Source of the DNA: a virus
Lineage: Duplodnaviria > Heunggongvirae > Uroviricota > Caudoviricetes
Direction: 5' to 3' (one strand)
DNA length: 44,830 bases
Virus record (IMG/VR): IMGVR_UViG_2740892487_000005
Location: 1-44,830 of that record
Part shown: positions 9,210 through 18,247 of the stretch, piece after piece
Position numbering within the stretch: position 1 is the first letter of the stretch
How the letters are laid out: every line of letters begins with the position of its first letter
The notes under the pieces: generated by a model
Database searches by the model: none
The model's input: only the letters and a program-made list of their open reading frames with translations
Told to the model about the DNA's origin: nothing
Translations under genes and position numbers: made by a program

Positions 9210-9887
9210 TTATGGGATGTTTAGTATTTTGGCATCAACCACAACGCCGATGATTTTGCAGTTTCCATTAATTTCTAGCATTGGATATGCGGGGTTAAGG
9301 GGCTTTAGGAAGCGTCTGCCGGCATCGATTACAAGCTTCTTAAAGGTCGCTTCGTTATCGCCTTCTAGCTTCGCGACAACCAGCTTTCCGTTGCGCGGCT
9401 CGACTTCAGGATCAACAAGTATCGCTGCTCCCTCGGGTATGCTCAGTCCAGCCGGGGAGGTCATAGAATCCCCTTTAACGTCCAGCCAGAATGAATCTTC
9501 TGAGCAGTCAACAGTCGTGTCATACCAGCGATCTATCGCTCTTCGGTGATAAGGTTCTACAGCTTCCATCCATTGCCCCGCGCTTACCCAGCTGATTACA
9601 GGATAACTTCCTTTTGTCTCGTTCAGTCCTCGAAATGCAACGTTCGAAGGTTCTTCACTGGCGTGTAAAACATCCATCCAGCCAAAAGGCAGATCAAGCG
9701 CAGTTTCAATTTTGCGAGCCATCTTATCGCCGATATTGCGATGAGGGTTTGGTCCCAGTAGCTGGCTAAGCGCAGCCGGACTTGTCTCGATGAGCTCGGC
9801 AAACTGCGCTTTGGTCATTCCAGACTCGTGCTGACGCTTCTCGTACAGCGCTTCCAGGTTGGCTTTTCTGATTTCTTTATTTTCCAT
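9210..9887 (-). CDS. cI: CI-type repressor (N-terminal HTH, C-terminal S24 LexA-like peptidase domain)
   Basis: ORF 9210..10004; probable start at ATG 9887 (MENKEIRKANLEALYEKRQ…). Contains HTH and a GDSM…K self-cleavage-type domain. Divergent from cro across the operator region. Confidence 0.9.
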   Translation of the reverse strand: MENKEIRKANLEALYEKRQHESGMTKAQFAELIETSPAALSQLLGPNPHRNIGDKMARKIETALDLPFGWMDVLHASEEPSNVAFRGLNETKGSYPVISWVSAGQWMEAVEPYHRRAIDRWYDTTVDCSEDSFWLDVKGDSMTSPAGLSIPEGAAILVDPEVEPRNGKLVVAKLEGDNEATFKKLVIDAGRRFLKPLNPAYPMLEINGNCKIIGVVVDAKILNIP

Positions 9888-9904
9888 ACCTGCATTGTTA
9901 CTGC

Positions 9905-9971
9905 TTTTAGCAAAATGATAAATGTGCAAATTGCTAAATGATGCTTGCGTAGTATTTAGCATAACGCTAAA
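9905..9971. promoter_or_regulatory. Putative OR operators with PRM/PR between cI and cro
   Basis: Three sites related to TTTAGC-N5-GCTAAA, including a perfect palindrome TTTAGCataacGCTAAA at 9954-9970, in the 116-bp divergent intergenic region. Confidence 0.55.
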
Positions 9972-10003
9972 CTCCAAATCAAACGACTCACCCGGAGACA
10001 CCA

Positions 10004-10237
10004 ATGAGCACTGAACTACACCGCTGGCGCAAGGCCGCCACTACCGACGAATGGGCGCAGCTCGCAAAGTTGGCTAACACGACGCCAGGTTACCTGGACC
10101 AGATCGCCTACGGAAATCGCCGGGCATCTCCAGAAATGGCATCTGCTATCGAGAAAGGCACGAAGAATTTTCACCGCCAGGCTCCGGTCCTAAAAGAAAG
10201 CCTGGTATTCGCATCGCCGCGTGATACTGCGGCCTAA
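10004..10237 (+). CDS. cro: Cro-like transcriptional regulator (YdaS-type HTH)
   Basis: 77-aa ORF divergent from cI, first gene of the rightward operon. Confidence 0.7.
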   Translation: MSTELHRWRKAATTDEWAQLAKLANTTPGYLDQIAYGNRRASPEMASAIEKGTKNFHRQAPVLKESLVFASPRDTAA

Positions 10238-10254
10238 CCACGAAAGGGAAAGCA

Positions 10255-10800
10255 ATGCATTCACTTGCGTATCAACAAGGTAACAAATTTTCGCCAGCGG
10301 CGATGATTTACCAGAATCGCCGGGAGCGAGAATCCTCGGCGTTAAATATCGATGGGATCCGCGCAGCAGTACGCGCCTGGGCAGCTGATTGCCGCAGTCG
10401 TGAATTTGTCGCCGCGCTGATCGTGGAAGAGTGGCGGGCGTCCGGCGGAACCGGTCTGGATATCCCGACTGACTCGCACCGCCAGATGCAGAAAGTGTTT
10501 CGATGGATTGATGGCGATACCGAATACGCCGCCAACAACATTCGCCAGCTGGCCCCGGCAATCATGTCGGTCCTGCCGCTGGAGTACCGAAACCGTCTGG
10601 CGCCGCAGAACGACACGATGTCGCTGATCGCCTCTGCGATGAAAGAGTGTGCCGAGGCTAAACAGGCCGTGCTGCTGGACGCTCCAGAGCATCAGAAGCT
10701 CAAAGAGGTAAGCGAGGGTATAGCGTCGCTGTTCCGCCTCATGCCGGAGCAGGTAGGACCGCTGATGACGATGGTTACATCGATGCTGGGGGTTATATGA
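10255..10800 (+). CDS. CII-like / YdaT-family regulatory protein
   Basis: 181-aa ORF immediately after cro, in the position of cII/YdaT of Rac-like prophages; family assignment from memory. Confidence 0.45.
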   Translation: MHSLAYQQGNKFSPAAMIYQNRRERESSALNIDGIRAAVRAWAADCRSREFVAALIVEEWRASGGTGLDIPTDSHRQMQKVFRWIDGDTEYAANNIRQLAPAIMSVLPLEYRNRLAPQNDTMSLIASAMKECAEAKQAVLLDAPEHQKLKEVSEGIASLFRLMPEQVGPLMTMVTSMLGVI

Positions 10801-10885
10801 GAGGCACAAGAAAAGAAAAAGCCCTTGAAGCGGTAACTTCAAAGGCCCTTATCACACTGTGTTACGGCAAGTAACGGGAGTAAGT

Positions 10886-11794
10886 ATGTCAAACACCGCT
10901 GAAATAATCAATTTCCCAAATAAAACCGAACAACCGGGAGGTCGTATGGCCGACCTGTCGAACGGGTATACCAAGGTCGCTAACGAGATCCAACAGCTTA
11001 AGCCTCGCCTGAGACTGTCAGGCCGGGAATGGCAATGTTTTGAGGCGGTGATCTGGCTTACCTACGGCTGGAACAAGAAACAGGACCGCGTGACAAATAC
11101 GGTTATTGCCGAGCTTACGGGCCTGAGCGATACGCATGTATCGGACGCGCTTAAGTCTCTCGCAGAACGCAAAATCATCTTTTCACAGAAGCAGGGCATG
11201 ATGAAAATCGTCGGTGTAAACACTGACCTTTCAGCATGGATTTTAGACAAACCGGAAACGGGAAGAAAATTCCCGAAAACGGGAAAATCATTCCCGAAAT
11301 CAGGAATAACCTTCCCGAAAACGGTAGACACCCAATACAAGAACAAGAACAGTATTAAAAGATCTTCGTCCGAGAATTCTGACGAATCCTCTGACGCACG
11401 TCTGAAGAAATTTTTATCAACTCATCCTGAAGCTGCGGTCTACACACCATCCGGTGCGAAGTGGGGCTCTGCTGAAGACCTCGAGACAGCTAAGTGGATT
11501 TCCTCCAGGGTGAAGCTGATTAACCCAACCTGCAAAGCCCCGGACATGACCTCCTGGTCTAACACTGTTCGCCTGATGCGCCAGATAGACAACCGGTCGC
11601 ACCAGGACATCTGCGCGCTGTATGACTGGGCTAGCAAACACCACTTCTGGCAGACCAACATCCTGAGTCCCGAAAGCCTGCGTAAGCAGTGGGACAAGCT
11701 GACAATGCAGTGTAACGCCGGAGGTGAGCAGCGCGCTGTCAAGCCAGATCTGGACTTCAACAACACTGACTGGGCCTATGGGGTGATCCGATGA
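10886..11794 (+). CDS. O: Replication initiator protein O (iteron-binding)
   Basis: ORF 10859..11794 with start at ATG 10886 after GGGAG. Iterons are embedded in the coding sequence (repeated FPKTGK peptide); followed by P. Confidence 0.85.
   Translation: MSNTAEIINFPNKTEQPGGRMADLSNGYTKVANEIQQLKPRLRLSGREWQCFEAVIWLTYGWNKKQDRVTNTVIAELTGLSDTHVSDALKSLAERKIIFSQKQGMMKIVGVNTDLSAWILDKPETGRKFPKTGKSFPKSGITFPKTVDTQYKNKNSIKRSSSENSDESSDARLKKFLSTHPEAAVYTPSGAKWGSAEDLETAKWISSRVKLINPTCKAPDMTSWSNTVRLMRQIDNRSHQDICALYDWASKHHFWQTNILSPESLRKQWDKLTMQCNAGGEQRAVKPDLDFNNTDWAYGVIR
11252..11323 (+). repeat. Origin iterons (about 4 copies of TCCCGAAAACGG-like repeat) inside O
   Basis: Direct repeats ccggaaacgggaag / ttcccgaaaacgggaa / ttcccgaaatcagg / cttcccgaaaacgg, followed by an AT-rich stretch. 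Confidence 0.7.
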
Positions 11795-12480
11795 AATCTC
11801 TTGCAGAGCAGATGCGTAACCACGACCGCGAGCAGATGAGCCGCATGGCCCATAACCTGCCAGAGCAGTACCAGGAGTGCGCGCCGGTCGAGCAGGTGGC
11901 GCAGGTATTCAACAAGCTGTTCAACGAGCTGCGCGCCGCGTTCCCGGCCAGCATGGCGAACTTCCGCACCCAGGAAGACCTGAACGAATTCCGCCGTCAG
12001 TGGCTGCTGGCGTTTCAGGAGAACGGGATCCACACCATGGCTCAGGTCGATGCCGGCATGCGCATTGCCCGCCGCCAGGAGCGCCCATTCCTGCCGTCGC
12101 CGGGCCAGTTCGTCGCCTGGTGCAAGCAGAGCGGCGGCGCGCTGGGCGTCAACGTTGACCAGGTGATCGCCGAGTACTGGGAATGGCGTAATCGTTCGTT
12201 CGAATTCATCTCCAGCGAGCAATTTCCATGGTCGCAGCCGGTCATGTACCACATTTGCGTAGAATTGCGCCACCGCAGCACCGAGCGCCAGTTAACGCAT
12301 GGTGAACTGGCACGCGAGGCAGGCGATCTGCTGGACATGTGGGAAAGGCGCGTCACCGAGGGTAAGCCAGTGCCGCCGGTACGCCGGGCTATTGCCGCAC
12401 CAGCTGCCGAGCAAGGGCCGACGCCGATCCAGCTGCTGCTGGCCAAGTACAACCGCAACAAGTCGAACGGGATGGTGTGA
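11791..12480 (+). CDS. P: Replication protein P (DnaB helicase loader)
   Basis: 229 aa with strong resemblance to lambda P (…REQM.R.A.NMPEQY…FPAS.AN…RRQW.LAF.ENGI.TM.QV.AGMR.ARRQ.RPFLPSPGQFVAWC…). Confidence 0.9.
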   Translation: MKSLAEQMRNHDREQMSRMAHNLPEQYQECAPVEQVAQVFNKLFNELRAAFPASMANFRTQEDLNEFRRQWLLAFQENGIHTMAQVDAGMRIARRQERPFLPSPGQFVAWCKQSGGALGVNVDQVIAEYWEWRNRSFEFISSEQFPWSQPVMYHICVELRHRSTERQLTHGELAREAGDLLDMWERRVTEGKPVPPVRRAIAAPAAEQGPTPIQLLLAKYNRNKSNGMV

Positions 12481-12481
12481 C

Positions 12482-12826
12482 ATGAACATAACAATTCGTG
12501 GGCAGATTCTTGCAGCCCTGCGTAATAACCCGGGCCTGAATAGTGCTCGCATTGCCACCATGATCGGCATGACCACCAAAAAGATTTCCGGCCCGTTAAG
12601 TACGTTGTTTGCAGACGGCCTGATCGAGTTCGAAGGCAAGCACGGACAGCGGCTTTATCGGCTGACCGATTACGGCATGAAATACGCACCAGAAACAATC
12701 CCGGCTATGCCGAAGGGAAATTCGAAGCTGGTGCAGCGTACAGAGGCAAACGTGATCTGCCAGGAGTGCCGCAACAGCGCGGCGATGAGAAGGGTATTGA
12801 TGGTTTGGGGGAGGGTAGGGGTATGA
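12482..12826 (+). CDS. Hypothetical winged-helix-like protein
   Basis: Start at ATG 12482 overlapping the P stop (in-frame part of ORF 12299..12826). Confidence 0.5.
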   Translation: MNITIRGQILAALRNNPGLNSARIATMIGMTTKKISGPLSTLFADGLIEFEGKHGQRLYRLTDYGMKYAPETIPAMPKGNSKLVQRTEANVICQECRNSAAMRRVLMVWGRVGV

Positions 12827-13212
12827 GCAACATCGACAAACGTGGATTACGGGAAGCAGCGGAGAAGGCGACGAAAGGCCGGTGGGCTGTTGAGTTCGAC
12901 GATGAGATTTACTCCACTGACGGCGTGAACCATGAGCAAATAGCCATGGTATTCAGTGAAAACGAAGCGCGTGATGCTGCATTTATCGCCGCAGCCAACC
13001 CCGCCACCGTGCTGGCGCTGCTGGCATCGCTGGAAGCCGCAGAGAAGCGAATCGCTGAACTGGAAGCGAAGCTCGATAGCGCAGATAAATTGCAAGATAG
13101 CGCATTTCGTCATGGTCTTCAGCATGGCTTCAGTTTTGGTCAAACGGATAATCAGGCTGGATTTGAAGAGTGCTTATCTGCATATGGAGCGCGGGGTAAA
13201 GATAATGGCTAA
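12823..13212 (+). CDS. Ead/Ea22-like family protein
   Basis: Start at ATG 12823 after GGGTAGGGG; N-terminus MSNIDKRGLREAAEKATKGRW… is typical of ead/Ea22-like proteins (from memory). Confidence 0.5.
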   Translation: MSNIDKRGLREAAEKATKGRWAVEFDDEIYSTDGVNHEQIAMVFSENEARDAAFIAAANPATVLALLASLEAAEKRIAELEAKLDSADKLQDSAFRHGLQHGFSFGQTDNQAGFEECLSAYGARGKDNG

Positions 13213-13405
13213 TTCATTACTTGAAACATGCAATGACTGGCAAATTCTTCGCGCAGAAATATTGGCTCGAAATCCAAATATGGCCATGACACTTCAAAAG
13301 CTCGACATCATGATTGAGCATTCCGTTAGGGCGGCAATTGAAATATCGCATCGTGTTGACTGGGATTTTAGTGAAGCAGAGCGTAAAGCTAAGGCGGTGA
13401 ATTAA
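13205..13405 (+). CDS. Hypothetical small protein
   Basis: 66 aa from ATG 13205 (MANSLLETCNDW…). Confidence 0.4.
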   Translation: MANSLLETCNDWQILRAEILARNPNMAMTLQKLDIMIEHSVRAAIEISHRVDWDFSEAERKAKAVN

Positions 13406-14152
13406 TGGAACTTTCACGGGATAAGATTAAAGAAATAATCAATGACGATTGGCTTTTGATGGATGATTGCGAAGGAAATAAAAACTGTGACGTTGTCAAA
13501 GAGATGGCGCGTATAGCGTTGGCATCGCTCGAAGCGGAGCCGGTGGCGTGGTTGCTGTCAGGAGGCGGGGCAAAAAAACAACGTCAGCTTCGATAGTGGC
13601 AATGCTTATGCTGACCCATTGCGTGAGGTGACACCACTCTACGCAGCACCACAGTTACCGCAGCCAGCGGTGTTATCAGTGCCAGATGAAATACCGAAAC
13701 TGAAAGATGGGATGGGCTTTAAGTATGTGAAAGATGGCGTCCGATATTCCTTAAATTATGCCAACGGATGGAATCAATGCCGCGCCGCCATGCTTCAGGC
13801 CGAACCTGTAAGTAATAGTGATGAGTTACCGCTGGACTATCTGCAAGGACACAAAGACGGCCTGGAGTGGGCTGCACAATTGGCAGAAGCCAATCATCCG
13901 CAAACAGGTGACTGGTTGTACGACGACCAAATCGATCTTGCCAGGGCGATTCGCAAAGGTCCGGATATGCCTACTGTTCAGGGTGGCAACTCTCCGGTGA
14001 TTCCAGATGGTTGGGTGATGGTGCCGGTTGAGCTTACTCCGGATATGCGTGCAGCATGGGATTCGGCTCCGTACACAGACGATGATGACAACGACATGCA
14101 GGCTGCATACCGCGCGATGATTGCAGCAGCACCGCAGTGGAAGGTGAAGTGA
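13405..14152 (+). CDS. Hypothetical phage protein; probably one gene split by an indel
   Basis: ORF 13405..13596 ends just after the A7 run at 13572-13578. The downstream ORF (13619..14152) has only a TTG start and no RBS, and its frame is open back through the run; removing one A fuses them. Confidence 0.45.
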
Positions 14153-14265
14153 TGCAGAACCCATTCGACGAGATAATTTAAATCTAGTATTTTTATTTTC
14201 ATTGTTAGTCAAAAAAAGCTGAGCTCCGCCACAAAAAACGTGGCTCAGCTTCTGAGTGCACAGAT

Positions 14266-14766
14266 ATGATATTCGAATATATAAAGCAACATTCAGAGGT
14301 AATCATTTCCGGTTTTTCAGTCGCCGCGGCCATCGCCTCTGCCTGGGCTGCTATTGCAAGCAGGCAGACGGCAGCAAAAGCACTAAAAATCCAAAGCAGA
14401 ATGAGCCTGTATGAGCTTCTAAAATCCACTGCCGAAAAAGCTAATTCTTTCTCAAAGGGCAAGAGAGGTGCAGAGTGGGATTTCTATGACGCTGCCAATA
14501 TAGTTCGATGCCTTAACCTGGCAATGGAGAGCATAAAAGATCATACCGAAAATGATGACAAGCTTGATATAAGAGAGCTAAAACAATTCTTCTTAAGCCA
14601 ATTGAATATGGAGCTCTTTGAAGAGCTCAACTATCAAGTCGGACCGGATGCTTTCTTCCGGGGAGAGGAGCCCAACAGCATGAGCAGCGATATTTACGCG
14701 CAATGGATAAATGCTATTTCATTCTTTAACTTCATGGTTGTAACAGATGAGGATCTTGCTGATTAA
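14266..14766 (+). CDS. Hypothetical membrane-anchored protein (cargo gene in nin region)
   Basis: 166 aa with one N-terminal hydrophobic helix (SGFSVAAAIASAWAAIA); visibly AT-rich island between early genes and ninB. Confidence 0.6.
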   Translation: MIFEYIKQHSEVIISGFSVAAAIASAWAAIASRQTAAKALKIQSRMSLYELLKSTAEKANSFSKGKRGAEWDFYDAANIVRCLNLAMESIKDHTENDDKLDIRELKQFFLSQLNMELFEELNYQVGPDAFFRGEEPNSMSSDIYAQWINAISFFNFMVVTDEDLAD

Positions 14767-14954
14767 ACTCAGCGCAATTGATTTTCCAAAATCAACCAGC
14801 CATAATCATGTCATCGGAGCCTGAACAACTCCGGTGACTTCTGCGCATTTAAGGGGACTTAAATGCGACCACAATCTGAACTCCTCACATTGTCACAGAT
14901 GCAGACATGCACCTGCGATTTTCTGTATTCTGCGTTACCTCTCGGAGGTGGCGT

Positions 14955-15392
14955 ATGAAACAGCCTGTTTTCTACCTCCGCGACGAACGCGTTCGCGATA
15001 ACCTCATCGACTACATCAGGAAGCTGCCCGTTAACGACGCTCTGCCGCTCGTGGTGAAGTTTTCTGAGGCTGACCGCACTCTCGCCCAAAACGACCTCTT
15101 CCACGCTCTCTGTGGCGATACAGCGAAGCAATTGCAATGGGCTGGCAAGTCGCGCGACCTCGCTTCATGGAAAGTCCTGTATGTCTCAGGCCATGCCATT
15201 GCCACCGGTAAGCCTGGTGAAGTGGTGCCGGGTCTGGAAGGGGAGTTCTGCGCCATCCGGGAAAGCACTGCGAAGATGGGCATCCGTCGCATGACCAGTC
15301 TCATCGAATACAGCCAGGCATTTGCTGTGCAAAACGGCGTGCAACTCCGTGAAGTTCGCTACTCAGGTGATTACTTCGGGAGGGTTGCGTAA
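14955..15392 (+). CDS. ninB: Recombination protein NinB
   Basis: Start at ATG 14955 after GGAGGTGG; sequence MKQPVFYLRDERVRDNLIDYIRKLP… resembles lambda NinB. Confidence 0.85.
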   Translation: MKQPVFYLRDERVRDNLIDYIRKLPVNDALPLVVKFSEADRTLAQNDLFHALCGDTAKQLQWAGKSRDLASWKVLYVSGHAIATGKPGEVVPGLEGEFCAIRESTAKMGIRRMTSLIEYSQAFAVQNGVQLREVRYSGDYFGRVA

Positions 15393-15562
15393 TGGCTAGC
15401 CCTCTCGCTCGCATCATCACCAACGAAATCTACCGGGTCCGGACACGCACTAAGCGCAAGCCTGAACTCAAGCCATCCGAAATCCCATCACTGCTCGGCT
15501 ACACCGCGCGACTGACCCAGGTGAAATGGGATCGCCTGAAAGCGCGGAGGTCACATGGCTAA
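15392..15562 (+). CDS. Hypothetical small protein (56 aa)
   Basis: Hand-translated ORF translationally coupled to ninB (TAATG) and overlapping the next start. Confidence 0.3.
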   Translation: MASPLARIITNEIYRVRTRTKRKPELKPSEIPSLLGYTARLTQVKWDRLKARRSHG

Positions 15563-15845
15563 TTTATGCAAAGCGGCACGCGGCCGCGATTGTCAGGTGC
15601 GGATCCCCGGCGTATGCAACGGCAATCCTGAAACCTCAGTACTGGCTCACATACGTCTTGCTGGTCTATGCGGGACCGGAATCAAGCCGCCTGACCTGAT
15701 CGCCACCATCGCATGCAGCAGTTGCCACGACGAGATTGATCGCCGCACCCGTCTGGTCGATGCGGAATTTGCAAAGGAGTGCGCGCTGGAAGGCATGGCT
15801 CGCACGCAGGTCATCTGGCTTAAAGAGGGGCTCGTGAAAGCATGA
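15555..15845 (+). CDS. DUF1364-like zinc-binding nin-region protein
   Basis: 96 aa with CQVRIPGVC…CSSCHDEID Cys motifs; assignment from memory. Confidence 0.55.
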   Translation: MANLCKAARGRDCQVRIPGVCNGNPETSVLAHIRLAGLCGTGIKPPDLIATIACSSCHDEIDRRTRLVDAEFAKECALEGMARTQVIWLKEGLVKA

Positions 15846-16204
15846 ATGAATACCGCATTAGCCTCCCGTGGCCGCCGAGCAACAACCGCTACTACCGGCA
15901 TAACCGCGGGCGCACGCACATCAGCACAGAGGGGCAGGCGTACCGCGACAGTGTCGCCAGAATCATCAAAGACTCAATGCTGGATATCGGCCTGGCTACA
16001 CCCGTGAAAATACGCATTGAGTGCCATATGCCGGATCGCCGCCGCCGTGACCTGGACAACCTGCAGAAGGCTGCATTCGACGCTCTGACCAAAGCCGGGT
16101 TCTGGCAGGACGACCAGCAGGTTGACGATTATCGAGTAAAAAGGATGCCGATCATCAAGGGCGGCAAACTGGAATTGACCATCACCGAACTGGAGCCAGC
16201 ATGA
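15842..16204 (+). CDS. rusA: Holliday junction resolvase RusA
   Basis: 120 aa; …[29 protein letters not shown]…[25 protein letters not shown]… is the RusA signature. Confidence 0.9.
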   Translation: MNEYRISLPWPPSNNRYYRHNRGRTHISTEGQAYRDSVARIIKDSMLDIGLATPVKIRIECHMPDRRRRDLDNLQKAAFDALTKAGFWQDDQQVDDYRVKRMPIIKGGKLELTITELEPA

Positions 16205-16341
16205 AACCAGAACTGATCGAATCGCTTCGCATGCGCTGGCTGCGTCTCCGCATTTATCGCCGCCCGGGTACGGTGCTGGTGGGCTACCGCATTCTTCGAA
16301 ACTTTATCCGCATCTACCAGATTGCAGGAGCAGCAGCATGA
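16201..16341 (+). CDS. Hypothetical small protein (46 aa)
   Basis: ORF coupled at both ends by ATGA overlaps with rusA and Q. Confidence 0.35.
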   Translation: MKPELIESLRMRWLRLRIYRRPGTVLVGYRILRNFIRIYQIAGAAA

Positions 16342-17042
16342 TCACTCAAGACCTGGAATTTGTACGCCAGCAGCTCATAGTTGCGACTGCGGATCTGAGC
16401 GGGGCGACTAAAGGGCAGTTGATGGCCTGGCTGGAGAACGCTCAGTTCGATACAAAGACATTTAAGCGGAAGAAGCCCAAAGTTTGGGACGAAGAAAGCG
16501 AGAAATGGGTACCGGTTGATAACCCGCCGATCCCCGGCAAACAGTCACACGCGAAGGGCTCGCACATTCCTCTGGTTCAGCCGGTCGAATACTCCACAGC
16601 ATCGTGGCGCCGGGCGGTCCTGTCGCTCGAGGAGCACCAGAAAGCTTGGCTGCTCTGGAACTACAGCGAAAACACGCGCTGGGAGAACCAGCTGGCGATC
16701 ACCCAATGGGCTTGGGCAGAGTTCAGGGCGCAGCTTGGAACCAGGAAGATTGCCGGCAAGACCATGGACAGGCTGAAGGCGTTAATCTGGTTGGCTGCGC
16801 AGGACGTGAAGAAAGGTCTCCGTGGTGGGGATAAATTTACTGGTGTTGAACTGGCTGATCTGACAGGGGTGGAAGAGAAAAACTGGTACAAGACGTTTGG
16901 CGGCCATTGGCAAACAATGCAGGAGGTACTCGAGGCTCTTGATAGAGATGCTTTGCGCGCGGTTTCGCGATCACGTTCACAACAAAAGGCGGCTCATTTC
17001 CAGCAAGGTATTGCAAAAGTAGAGAAAATAGCGCATATTTAA
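16338..17042 (+). CDS. Q: Late-gene antitermination protein Q
   Basis: 234-aa ORF at the end of the nin region, directly upstream of the late regulatory region and lysis genes; family call from memory. Confidence 0.7.
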   Translation: MITQDLEFVRQQLIVATADLSGATKGQLMAWLENAQFDTKTFKRKKPKVWDEESEKWVPVDNPPIPGKQSHAKGSHIPLVQPVEYSTASWRRAVLSLEEHQKAWLLWNYSENTRWENQLAITQWAWAEFRAQLGTRKIAGKTMDRLKALIWLAAQDVKKGLRGGDKFTGVELADLTGVEEKNWYKTFGGHWQTMQEVLEALDRDALRAVSRSRSQQKAAHFQQGIAKVEKIAHI

Positions 17043-17464
17043 GCCTAATTTGATATTGTGCCAATTTTTTATGCAATGGCAGTAAGTGATTTTCGAGCCC
17101 TGCGGTTAACCACGTGGGGCTTTGTCTTTTCTGGAGGGCCATAATATGTGACAGCCAAACGGATAGACCGCAGCCGGAAGGCAATGCAGCAGTCATGATG
17201 CTGCCCTGAGTCGCCATCTGGCGAGCCTGTGTAGTGACGGGTCAAGGTTCATATATCAAAACACGCTCCGGTAGAGCAGCGCGAATGCCAGACGCGCACC
17301 GGTTATCAGCGGCGATGATGCGACAGCGACTCAAGGGCATGAGCGTGGCCACTCCGGGAAGTGGCATAGAATTTTCAGAGGCTCGCGCATGCGGGCCTTT
17401 TCTGTATCTGGAATACCCCTACCTGGGACTATAAGCGCATAGCGCAACGCAGCACCCATCGATT

Positions 17465-17490
17465 GGCGGACCAGAACCCGCCTTTTTTTA
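17465..17490 (+). terminator. Intrinsic terminator, candidate tR' of the late leader transcript
   Basis: Stem GGCGG/CCGCC followed by T8 (17483-17490), about 450 bp downstream of Q. Confidence 0.55.
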
Positions 17491-17570
17491 TTCAGGGCTC
17501 CGGGAATCATTATCAATACGTCTCGTCGTTAATTCATCCCGAGAGCCCGACCTCTACACATGGACCGCCT

Positions 17571-17969
17571 ATGTCTGAACCTCTAACCATTGCTGGCGGT
17601 GTCACGTCCGCAACTATCGGAGTGACGTTCGCATCTTTGTTCCCCGAGGCAACGCCCGGCGTAATGCTGTGCGCGCTGGCTGGTGCAGCAATGTACGTTC
17701 TGACATCCGATCCACACCAACTGTGGAAGCAGTTCCTGTTCGCCGTCATCAGCTTTGTCGGCGGGGTTTTCTTCTCGGTACCGATGGCGAAGATACTGGC
17801 TGGGGTGATAAATACCGCCCTTGGCCTGTTACAGCCTCCGGTAAGCATCGAAGTATCCCCGAATATCGGCGCGCTGGTTTCCGCTTCCATCTCTGTCGCA
17901 GTCCTGCTTCGCATCCTCGCCAAATCAAAGCGGGGGAAAATGCCGGGACTGGAGGAGGAAGGTAAATGA
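17571..17969 (+). CDS. Putative holin
   Basis: Internal start of ORF 17463..17969; about 133 aa with several hydrophobic helices and a charged C-terminus; first gene of the lysis cassette. Confidence 0.55.
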   Translation: MSEPLTIAGGVTSATIGVTFASLFPEATPGVMLCALAGAAMYVLTSDPHQLWKQFLFAVISFVGGVFFSVPMAKILAGVINTALGLLQPPVSIEVSPNIGALVSASISVAVLLRILAKSKRGKMPGLEEEGK

Positions 17970-18247
17970 CATGGCAAACCATCGTCCTTGATGTAAACGC
18001 CATTATCTGCGCGCTGATCGCCGTAAGGCTGATGTTCTTCAGTAAGAGTGGAAGGCGACACCGTCCGGCTGTTGCCTGGATGGCGTACCTGATGATTCTG
18101 GCCGCTGGATTCACGGCGTTTCGCATCCTCTACGGCAAATATCTGCAGGTTGATCCGGGAGAGTTGATGCTCAACGTCGCCATATGCGTTGCTGTGTGGC
18201 GCTCCCGAGGCAATCTCGCCAAAGTTTTTCAGAAGGCCGGGCAATGA
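17966..18247 (+). CDS. Putative holin-like / lysis membrane protein
   Basis: 93 aa with two hydrophobic segments; ATGA overlaps on both sides. Confidence 0.5.
   Translation: MTWQTIVLDVNAIICALIAVRLMFFSKSGRRHRPAVAWMAYLMILAAGFTAFRILYGKYLQVDPGELMLNVAICVAVWRSRGNLAKVFQKAGQ

Noticed and set aside
10821-10846. 10-bp imperfect hairpin between the cII-like gene and O, considered as a terminator
   Set aside because: No U-tract follows the stem; possibly an RNA processing or nut-like structure, but not supportable as an intrinsic terminator.
11252-11323. Short direct repeats considered as a possible CRISPR array
   Set aside because: Repeats are about 15-18 bp, imperfect, unspaced and lie inside the O coding sequence; they are ori iterons.
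12042-12698. Minus-strand 218-aa ORF overlapping replication gene P
   Set aside because: Antisense to P, which has strong similarity to lambda P; no independent RBS or context.
14205-14462. Minus-strand 85-aa ORF overlapping the start of the nin-region cargo gene
   Set aside because: Overlaps the upstream hairpin and the plus-strand gene start; hydrophobic product typical of antisense reading of a TM-encoding segment.
17043-17462. Possible tRNA or toxin cargo between Q and the lysis genes
   Set aside because: No cloverleaf-like T-arm or anticodon-stem pattern and no ORF of toxin size; the region looks like a plain late promoter/leader ending in a terminator.
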